Origin: Myxococcota bacterium
GTDB taxonomy: Bacteria; Myxococcota; JACRCW01
Length of the DNA stretch: 11,165 nt
Assembly: GCA_040752415.1 (NCBI GenBank)
Contig: JBFMGU010000322.1
Coordinates: 1 to 11,165, forward strand
Direction of reading: 5' to 3'
Position numbers and translations under genes: made by a program. Within the stretch, counting starts at the first letter, position 1, and each line of letters starts with the position of its first letter. Under the pieces are notes generated by a model. It did no database searches and was not told the origin of the DNA. It worked only from the letters and a program-made list of their open reading frames with translations. This document shows, piece after piece, positions 1 through 6,673 of the stretch.

Positions 1-98
<98 letters not shown>

Positions 99-109
99 TC
101 CCTTCTTCG

Positions 110-153
110 CCAACGCCCCGGTAGCCCACCATGCTGCCGGGGCGTTGGTCTTT
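110..153 (+). terminator. Intrinsic terminator after 5S rRNA (probable end of an rRNA operon)
   Basis: 16-bp stem CCAACGCCCCGGTAGC (110-125) / GCTGCCGGGGCGTTGG (133-148) with one G-U pair and a 7-nt loop, followed by TCTTT, about 12 nt after the 5S end. Confidence 0.85.
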
Positions 154-424
154 CGACCTCCCCGGCATCACCCAGCCATCATCCCAATCCCGCCCGACGG
201 CCAACGCACACGTGCAAAAGACCGCCGCCCGCGGAACGCTTGGTCCGATCAGCCCTAAACGAACTCGAAACGACTTCTCGCGCTCGTCGGCTGTGCCGGG
301 CCGGGTGAGCGCGATTGAGTCGCGACGACGTTGAAGCGCGTGGGAGATCTCGCGACAACGGGCCCTTGGCGAGGTTGCCGGTGCCGAGCTTGGGCTCGCT
401 GCCCTGCGTGAAGTAGAAGGCGCC

Positions 425-1387
425 ATGCTTCGAGTCCGAGCCCGGTCGGTGAGCTTGCTGAGCGTCGCGTTGGTGATGGCGGCAGGCTGCCGCTCTTCCT
501 CAAACGCGCCCGACGCCGCGGCGCCACCCCCGCCTGCACCGGTGATGGCGACGGAGATCCCCGACGCCGCAGCGCGGTGTGATCTGGAAGCCTGGGGCCG
601 CGATGTCATGGACATGGTGAAGCGGGGACAGGAGGGCGAGAGCGTGGTGGCGCCCGGCGGCTGCTCGCTGTTTGACGGGAAGCTCCTGGTGCGCGGGTTC
701 CCCGAGACGGCGGAGAAGGCGCGCATGGCCCTGGTTGCCGACGAGGACTGCGTGCCCACCCTCAACACCCCCCATGCCCAGCTCCGCCTCACCCGTGTGG
801 ACGGCAAGGCGATGGTGACGTTGGCTCGCAGCACCGGCCCGGGGACCGACGTACCGCCCAGCGCCATCCCCGAGGGCAAGGACTGGGAATCCGCGCTCCT
901 GCGCGCCGCGCGGTGCCCCTCGCCGGAACGACGCATCAAGTCCGACAAGGATGCCAGCGTTACCCTGGCCTACGCCGTGGCCATGGATGCGCTGCAGGCC
1001 TCGCTGGAGGAGAGCGTTGGCCAGGGAACGGGGCCGAGTGAGAAGGCGCGCGAGTCGTTGGTCAGGGTGTGCAAGGGCGTGAAGAAGTTCTCCCCGGTCA
1101 AGGACCCGTCGGCGGCGCGCGCCAAGGGGGAGAAGGCCGTTCCCTCGTCGGGTGGCAACGCGGAGGTGGAGCCGCTGGCCGCCACCGCGCTCATCATGGC
1201 CGGAAGCTTCACCGTGTTTGGCGAAGCCGCCACGAAGTTCCGCGTGGACGACGCGAGCCTCAAGGCTGTCCGGGGCATGGCGCTGGGCGTGGTGTCCAAT
1301 CCCCCCAAGACCAACCTGGAAGGCGTCTGCGCCATGTGGGCCATGGCCAACGACATGCACGGGAATCTGCGTCGCCAGGCCCGGTGA
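425..1387 (+). CDS. Hypothetical lipoprotein (320 aa)
   Basis: ATG is preceded by purine-rich AGAAGG. The N-terminus is basic then hydrophobic and ends in lipobox-like MAAG-C22. A Pro/Ala linker (APDAAAPPPPAP) and six further Cys follow. G/C-ending codons predominate. No family recognised. Confidence 0.75.
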   Translation: MLRVRARSVSLLSVALVMAAGCRSSSNAPDAAAPPPPAPVMATEIPDAAARCDLEAWGRDVMDMVKRGQEGESVVAPGGCSLFDGKLLVRGFPETAEKARMALVADEDCVPTLNTPHAQLRLTRVDGKAMVTLARSTGPGTDVPPSAIPEGKDWESALLRAARCPSPERRIKSDKDASVTLAYAVAMDALQASLEESVGQGTGPSEKARESLVRVCKGVKKFSPVKDPSAARAKGEKAVPSSGGNAEVEPLAATALIMAGSFTVFGEAATKFRVDDASLKAVRGMALGVVSNPPKTNLEGVCAMWAMANDMHGNLRRQAR

Positions 1388-1540
1388 CGGCCGCGCCCAG
1401 GTCCAGGTCCGCTCACGCCCCCCGGGTCGCGCCCCGGGCGAGCGCTCCGATGACGTCGGGATGGCTCCGGTCCGGGACGTCTTGGGGGAGCGTGCATCTC
1501 GTGCCAAGCTCCCGCGGGCTCGAACTCCGCGGTGGGTGTG

Positions 1541-2818
1541 ATGCGCGCTTCTCCGTTCCTTATCCTCGTCGTGATGCTGGGCTGTCATCCCATGCCGCCG
1601 CCCCTGGGCTGGTCGGACGCGGACACCGTGGCGCTAGAGGAAGTCCCCGAGCTGGCGCACGTGGCCAAGCGCATCAAGGACGCCGAATACCTCCAGGTCC
1701 AGCACCTCTTTGACGAGACCAACGCGCGCTTCACCGGCGCGCCCAATCCCGAGGCCCTGCTGCTGGGCTTCCACGAACTCAACCAGACCCGCAGCGCGGG
1801 CAACGCCGCACCCCTCACCGTGCTCACCTACAACGTGGCGCTGCTGCACGCGCGCCCGCTGGGCATTGAGTACGCCAAGAGCCCGGAGCTGGAGGTGCGT
1901 CGGGAGAAGCTTGCGGACCTGGTGCTGGAGAAGGGTTTTGACGTCGTCATGCTGCAGGAGGTCTGGCTGGCGGAGGACGTCCAACGCTTCACCGACGCCG
2001 CGTCCCGCCACGGCTACCGCGCCTTCTCCGCCAACCGCGACGAGTACTCCGACGGCCTGGTGACGCTGATCAAGGAATCCATCATTGCTCCCAGTGGGGA
2101 GGTGGACGTGCTGGGCGTGCCGTACGTGGAGCAGCGCCAGGAGGAGTATCTTCCCGGCGTGGGCATCCGGCGCGGCTTCCTGCGTGTCGCGTTCAATCAC
2201 AAGGACCTGGGGCCGCTGCGCATCTACAACACGCACATGGCGGCCTTCGTCGAGCGGTGGTTGGCGCGCATGTCCAACGCGCGGCAGATGGGCCTGACGG
2301 TGCGCGAGGAAACCGGTCCCCAGGAGCTCGCCATCATCGGCGGCGACATGAACGCCGGGCCCTACTACCGCGACGACATCTGGCTCGCGCCCGACAACAA
2401 GCAGGTGGGTGATTGGTGGGCCAATGCGTTCGCGTACCCGCTGTTGCTCTACTACGCCAGGTCGGTGGACCTGTTTGCCATGGGGCTCCGCTCACGCGAG
2501 GTGGAGATCGGCAACACCATGGTGAACAACCCGGAGAAGTCCACCACCGTCCCCGCCGCCGAGGAGGGCTGGTGCGAGCGCACGCCCCACGTGGCGCTGA
2601 CCGGGAGCGACTGCAACTCGCTCTACTTCCGGCAGTACGCCGGCACCGAGTACTCCGCCCGCTACGACCACCTGCTGGCGCATGACCCCGCGGGGCGCGT
2701 GAAGGTGCTGGAGACGGAGATCGTCTTCACCGAGAAGCTGGATTGGGGCAGCGCGGGCAGCTTTGAGCTCAGCGACCACTACGGCGTGCGCGCCACGTTG
2801 GCGGTGCAACGTCGCTGA
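1541..2818 (+). CDS. Endonuclease/exonuclease/phosphatase (EEP) superfamily lipoprotein, sphingomyelinase/DNase I-like fold
   Basis: EEP catalytic motifs appear in order: TYNV, LQEVW, NTHM, GGDMNAGP, RYDHL, SDHYGV. From ATG 1541 the N-terminus MRASPFLILVVMLG-C15 is a type II signal peptide. The ORF track starts at an upstream GTG (1532). Confidence 0.9.
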   Translation: MRASPFLILVVMLGCHPMPPPLGWSDADTVALEEVPELAHVAKRIKDAEYLQVQHLFDETNARFTGAPNPEALLLGFHELNQTRSAGNAAPLTVLTYNVALLHARPLGIEYAKSPELEVRREKLADLVLEKGFDVVMLQEVWLAEDVQRFTDAASRHGYRAFSANRDEYSDGLVTLIKESIIAPSGEVDVLGVPYVEQRQEEYLPGVGIRRGFLRVAFNHKDLGPLRIYNTHMAAFVERWLARMSNARQMGLTVREETGPQELAIIGGDMNAGPYYRDDIWLAPDNKQVGDWWANAFAYPLLLYYARSVDLFAMGLRSREVEIGNTMVNNPEKSTTVPAAEEGWCERTPHVALTGSDCNSLYFRQYAGTEYSARYDHLLAHDPAGRVKVLETEIVFTEKLDWGSAGSFELSDHYGVRATLAVQRR

Positions 2819-2824
2819 AGCACA

Positions 2825-3367
2825 TCAGTGGCGGGTGGCCTCCGCCCCCGCGCCCGTCTCCCCGCCCTTGAACTGCTGCGCGCCCCGACTGGCCCGCTCC
2901 GCCAGCAAGTGCATGGCGCGCTGGGCGGTCTGCCGGTCCTGCGCCATCACCTCCCGGAAGAACTCGACGAGGTTCTGGTCGCCGCCCTGCTCGGCGTCCT
3001 TGATGTACTGCGCGCACGTCTCCGCGCCCTGCAGCGAGTGGTAGAGCACGCTGACCAGGTCGTAGTCCTGGTTGGAGGTGCCGGTCTGCTGCTCGCCTGC
3101 GTATGAGGCCTTCATGGTGATCTCCTCCGTGCCGCGCGCGCCCCCGGTGAGCTCGCTCTTGTCCCGGCTGGACGCGGCGTCCCCGTGCATGAACTCATCT
3201 CCCGACGACAAATCCGCGTTCAAGGTGGTGTTGCCGCTGGTGGGGTCCGCGCTTTCCCGTCGACCGAACTGCTGGTCCACCGGGGTGATCCGCTCGCCGG
3301 CAAGGTCGTGGCCGGATTGACGGACGCCGCTGGGGGGACCCCGCCTCGGGCGCTTTTCCGTCGCCAT
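2825..3367 (-). CDS. Hypothetical protein: disordered N-terminal half plus a C-terminal helical-hairpin (half-ferritin-like) domain
   Basis: ATG at 3367 has SD AGGAG 7 nt upstream (180 aa). A second in-frame ATG at 3115 has SD GGAGGAG (96 aa). C-terminal segment YDLVSVLYHSLQGAETCAQYIKDAEQGGDQNLVEFFREVMAQDRQTAQRAMHLL reads as two amphipathic helices and resembles small hypothetical proteins I recall from soil bacteria. Confidence 0.8.
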   Translation of the reverse strand: MATEKRPRRGPPSGVRQSGHDLAGERITPVDQQFGRRESADPTSGNTTLNADLSSGDEFMHGDAASSRDKSELTGGARGTEEITMKASYAGEQQTGTSNQDYDLVSVLYHSLQGAETCAQYIKDAEQGGDQNLVEFFREVMAQDRQTAQRAMHLLAERASRGAQQFKGGETGAGAEATRH

Positions 3368-3461
3368 GGCAGCGCTCCTCTCGTCGGGAATGGAGGTAAC
3401 CGCGCTCCCGTGCAGCAGCAAGATGCGGTGTCCGCGGTGGCGGTGACGTCGAGGGGACGGG

Positions 3462-4337
3462 TCAGTGCCAGGTGGTGCTGACGCGCATCACCTCGCCCAT
3501 CACGTTGCTGAGCCCGTGGTAGAGGACCGCGCCCATGATGCTCCCGCTCACCGAGCGCAGCGCGCAGAACAACAGCGCCGGGAAGAACGGGCCCAGCCGC
3601 TGCGGGTTCCACTCCCCGGCGAAGTGCCCCAGCGCAAACAGCGCGCTCCCGACGAGAACCGCCTTCCCCACGCTGGCCCCCAGCACCGTGAAGCGCGGCG
3701 GCCAGGCCCGCACCAGCAGCGTGTGGATGTACCCGCGGTAGAACAGCTCCTCGGGGATGGCCACCAGGAAGATGTGCGTGGCGGCGAGCGCGAGCACGTC
3801 GTCCGGGGCGCGCAGCGCGAACTCCACGGAACGACCCTGTCGCTCGGCGAGGAACCGCTGGAAGAGCACGTAGCCCACCGCGAAGGGCGGGAAGGTCAGC
3901 ACGCAGGCGAGGGTGGCAAAGGCCAGGTCGCGGGCGGCGCCGCGCAGGTCCAGGCGTGCGGGACGGGTGTAGTGCCACAGCCAGCCGGTCACCGCGCGCG
4001 CCGCGCCACGGAAGCCCAGCGCCCGCCCCAACCGGCCCACCAGCGCACGCAGCGCACGCAGCGGAACGCCGATGAGCCCGTGGGCGTGAATCCCGTAGTC
4101 GGCCGGGTCCTCGCGACGCGCCTCCAGCCGGCCCAGGGGCAGGTAGAGCTGGTAGGCGGCAGCCAGCGTGAAGGCGGCCCCCGCCAGGCCCAGGACGCCG
4201 TCCAAGACGGGCTTGGTCACCGCCAGCAGGGCCACCAGGCCGACGGCCAGCCACAGCGCCTCCCGCGCCGCATCCGGGCCGTGGCCCGTGACGGAGGGCG
4301 AGAGCTTGAGCCTCAGGGTTTGCAGGGGACCGGCCAT
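3462..4337 (-). CDS. CPBP (Rce1/Abi) family glutamic-type intramembrane protease, myxosortase-like (MrtC/MrtX type)
   Basis: Multiple TM segments and all three CPBP motifs: EELFYRG (EExxxR), FALGH (FxxxH), HGLSN (HxxxN). Segments LYLP..E(D)PADYG, AWPPRFTVLGA and RLGPFFPALLF resemble myxosortases as I recall them. Subfamily not resolved. Confidence 0.9.
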   Translation of the reverse strand: MAGPLQTLRLKLSPSVTGHGPDAAREALWLAVGLVALLAVTKPVLDGVLGLAGAAFTLAAAYQLYLPLGRLEARREDPADYGIHAHGLIGVPLRALRALVGRLGRALGFRGAARAVTGWLWHYTRPARLDLRGAARDLAFATLACVLTFPPFAVGYVLFQRFLAERQGRSVEFALRAPDDVLALAATHIFLVAIPEELFYRGYIHTLLVRAWPPRFTVLGASVGKAVLVGSALFALGHFAGEWNPQRLGPFFPALLFCALRSVSGSIMGAVLYHGLSNVMGEVMRVSTTWH

Positions 4338-4440
4338 GGGCGGCGCCAGTCTGGCGTCCCTTGCTCCGCGCGGCTAGGGTGCGCCGCCCCCCCCGCCGGC
4401 GTGCGGGGCCGTCAAGACATCCGGTCACAAGGAAGCATCC

Positions 4441-5055
4441 GTGGAAAACCACGCCACCTCGCTTGCGCCTGCCTCCCCCGTCGACGCCCCCGCCGCGGTG
4501 CCCGCCGCCCCGCCCGAGAAGGGCCTGAAGGCCTGGGTCCTGCGCTCCCTCAACAGCCCCTACGCCACCGCGGTGATGGCCGGCGTGGCGGTGATCGACG
4601 CCAGCTTCTTCCCCATCCCGCCCTTCGCCATGCTGGGACCCATGGTGCTGACCCGGCCACGTCGGGCGGCCATGTACGCGCTGGTGGGGACCATTGCTTC
4701 GCTGCTGGGCGGCTTGGCCGGTTACGCCATGGGCTACTTCGCCAGTGAGTGGGTGAAGAGCAACCTGGGCATTGACCTCGACGTTCGCATCACGCGCTTT
4801 GGCATCGACAAGACCATTGCCGAGATCCTGCGCGACAGCTGGTGGATGCTCGCGTTGTTGGCCAGCGTGCTCCCGACGCCATTCAAGGTGGTGGCCATTG
4901 GCAGCGGGCTTTTGCGCGTGGAGTTCTGGGTGTTCATGCTGGCAGCGGTGATTGGTCGGACCAGCCGCATGTTCGGCTTCTGCCTGACGCTGGCGTTTGC
5001 GCGTGAGTGGGCGGTGAAGCGCTTCAAGGTGAAGCTGCCGCCCGGCATGACCTGA
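4441..5055 (+). CDS. YqaA/DedA family (VTT domain) membrane protein
   Basis: GTG start with AGGAAG upstream. Motifs DASFFPIPP, ASLLGGLAGYAMG, PTPFKVVAIGSG and F(x)6GR(x)2R are typical of YqaA-type DedA proteins. Confidence 0.9.
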   Translation: MENHATSLAPASPVDAPAAVPAAPPEKGLKAWVLRSLNSPYATAVMAGVAVIDASFFPIPPFAMLGPMVLTRPRRAAMYALVGTIASLLGGLAGYAMGYFASEWVKSNLGIDLDVRITRFGIDKTIAEILRDSWWMLALLASVLPTPFKVVAIGSGLLRVEFWVFMLAAVIGRTSRMFGFCLTLAFAREWAVKRFKVKLPPGMT

Positions 5056-5069
5056 GCCCGGGACCCACT

Positions 5070-5882
5070 GTGGCGCTGCCCAAGCTGAACAGACCGCTGG
5101 TCTTCGTGGACCTGGAGACCACGGGGACGGACCTGACGCGCGACCGGATTGTCGAGGTGGCGCTGGTGCGCCTGGCGCCCGACGCATCCCGCGTGGAGGT
5201 GCAGATGCGCATCAACCCGGGGATGCCCATCCCGGAGCAGAGCACGCGCATCCACGGCATCAAGGACTCCGACGTGAAGGGCGCGCCCAGGTTCGCGGAG
5301 GTGGCCGCGCAGCTGCGTCCGCACTTCGTGGGCGCGGACCTGGCGGGCCACAGCGTGCGCAAGTTCGACCTGCCCATGTTGCACACGGAGTTCGAACGCG
5401 CCGGTCTGGAGAGCCCGTTTGACGACGTGCGCGTGGTGGACACCTACGAGATCTTCCAGCGCCTGGTGAGCCACAGCCTGGAGGGCGCGTTGCGCTTCTT
5501 CTGCGGCAAGGAGCACAAGGACAAGCACACCGCCATGGGCGACGTGCTGGCCACCATGGAGGTGCTGGCCGCGCAGCTGGAGAAGCACCCGGAGCTGCCG
5601 CAGGACGTGGAGGGGCTGCACGGACTGGCGCCGGAGCCGCAGGGGCGCTTCGTGGATCCCGCCGGCAAGCTGGTGAAGAACGCCAACGGCGAGTACGCGA
5701 TCAACTTCGGCAAGTACAAAGGCCGGACGCTGAAGCAGCTGCTGCGTGAGGACGAGAAGTTCCTGCGCTGGATGCTGGGCAAGGAGTTCCATCCCAAGGT
5801 GGTGGAGCAGGTGCGCAAGACGCTGGACAGCGTGGTGGCCGTGAAGCTGCCGCTGGAGAACATCAAGCTGAAGTCGCCTTGA
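5070..5882 (+). CDS. DEDDh 3'-5' exonuclease (DNA polymerase III epsilon-like) with C-terminal FGKYKG domain
   Basis: ExoI FVDLETTG, ExoII GHSVRKFDL and ExoIII HTAMGD are present. The C-terminal INFGKYKGRTL...FLRWML is a small domain often fused to this family. Start placed at GTG 5070, 14 nt after the dedA stop, rather than the overlapping 5007 start. Confidence 0.9.
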   Translation: MALPKLNRPLVFVDLETTGTDLTRDRIVEVALVRLAPDASRVEVQMRINPGMPIPEQSTRIHGIKDSDVKGAPRFAEVAAQLRPHFVGADLAGHSVRKFDLPMLHTEFERAGLESPFDDVRVVDTYEIFQRLVSHSLEGALRFFCGKEHKDKHTAMGDVLATMEVLAAQLEKHPELPQDVEGLHGLAPEPQGRFVDPAGKLVKNANGEYAINFGKYKGRTLKQLLREDEKFLRWMLGKEFHPKVVEQVRKTLDSVVAVKLPLENIKLKSP

Positions 5883-5916
5883 CGCGCCCGCGGCGCCGCC
5901 CGACGGTGCCCCCATC

Positions 5917-6621
5917 ATGGGCGCGCTCCTCTTCCAACATCGACTCGCGGTCATGGTGGGCGCCTTTGGCGCGGGCATGCTCTCGGCCATCTACGCTGGT
6001 CGCGAGGGGGCGGCGCGCTCCTGGTGGGACCGCCAGCTGTGGCGCTGGTTCGAGGACACGCCGACCATCACGCTCGCCGTCACCGGCGCCCTGTGCGTGC
6101 TGGCGTTCCTCCTGCGCGTGACCGCGGAAGCGCGACTGGGCGCCGCGGTCTACGGCCAGGGCGAGACGGCGGGCCTGGTCTCCGGCGGTCCGTACCGCTT
6201 CCTGCGCAACCCGCTCTACGCCGGCACGTTCCTCTTCTTTGCCGCCGCCACCGCGCTGTGGGCCCCCGCGCCCAGCTGGCTCATCCTGTGCGTGCTCTTC
6301 TTCCTGGCGCTCAACACCATGGTCTCCCACGAGGAGCAACTGCTCACGCGCTCCCTGGGCGCGCCGTACCAGGAGTACCTCAAGCGCACGCGACGCTGGC
6401 TACCCTGGCCCTCGTCGGGCGCGGCGGCCGCGTCACCGACGGGGAGCGCGTATCTCTCCGCCGCGCTGGGCAACCTGTTCTTCCTCAGCCTGGGGCTGTT
6501 CCGCCTGGGCGTGGCCGCGGGTGGGCCCGCCGGTGCGCTGGGCGCGGCGAACCTGGCGTGCCTGGTGATCTGGCTCGGCGTGCTGGTGGCGCGACGCACG
6601 CGTGGCGGTCGCGCGGGCTGA
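5917..6621 (+). CDS. Isoprenylcysteine carboxyl methyltransferase / PEMT family integral membrane methyltransferase
   Basis: Polytopic membrane protein with the family motifs LVSGGPYRFLRNPLYAG and EEQLL...GAPYQEYLKRTRRWLP, plus an extra C-terminal hydrophobic hairpin. Confidence 0.88.
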   Translation: MGALLFQHRLAVMVGAFGAGMLSAIYAGREGAARSWWDRQLWRWFEDTPTITLAVTGALCVLAFLLRVTAEARLGAAVYGQGETAGLVSGGPYRFLRNPLYAGTFLFFAAATALWAPAPSWLILCVLFFLALNTMVSHEEQLLTRSLGAPYQEYLKRTRRWLPWPSSGAAAASPTGSAYLSAALGNLFFLSLGLFRLGVAAGGPAGALGAANLACLVIWLGVLVARRTRGGRAG

Positions 6622-6631
6622 ATCTGTCGAG

Positions 6632-6668
6632 GAGAAAGACGCGGGGCGCGCGGTGAGGGGCGCGCGCC
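6632..6668 (-). terminator. Probable terminator hairpin between the convergent methyltransferase and frzS-like genes
   Basis: 8-bp GC stem GGCGCGCG (6645-6652) / CGCGCGCC (6661-6668) lies 5 nt past the frzS-like stop. On the minus strand a TCTTTCT tract follows a few nt later. The U-tract is weak. Confidence 0.45.
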
Positions 6669-6673
6669 GTGGC

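Noticed and set aside
131..334. 67-aa ORF after the 5S gene
   Set aside because: Its ATG lies inside the terminator hairpin, there is no RBS, and the composition is not protein-like.
99..424. tRNA gene, CRISPR array or integration site downstream of 5S
   Set aside because: No cloverleaf or T-loop GTTCGA motif, no regularly spaced repeats, and no integrase or transposase anywhere in the window.
500..1588. 362-aa minus-strand ORF as an alternative to the orphan lipoprotein
   Set aside because: His/Arg/Gly-rich antisense pattern. The plus-strand ORF has a signal peptide, lipobox and appropriate codon usage.
2825..2900. Encapsulin cargo-loading peptide on the ferritin-like small protein
   Set aside because: No LTVGSL-type motif at the C-terminus and no encapsulin gene in the window.
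4351..4365. Sigma54-like CTGGCGTCCCTTGCT upstream of dedA
   Set aside because: The GG-to-GC spacing is 8 nt rather than the strict 10 nt.
3220..5990. Long alternative-frame ORFs (3220-5187 minus, 3465-4748 plus, 4734-5990 minus)
   Set aside because: They fully overlap well-supported CPBP, DedA and exonuclease genes and have Arg/Pro/Gly-rich non-protein-like composition.
6541..6621. C-terminus of the methyltransferase (AC-LVIWLGVLVA-RRTR) as a MYXO-CTERM-like tag
   Set aside because: It lacks the Gly-rich GGC motif and spacer. It is better explained as the last TM helix of a polytopic protein following the positive-inside rule.
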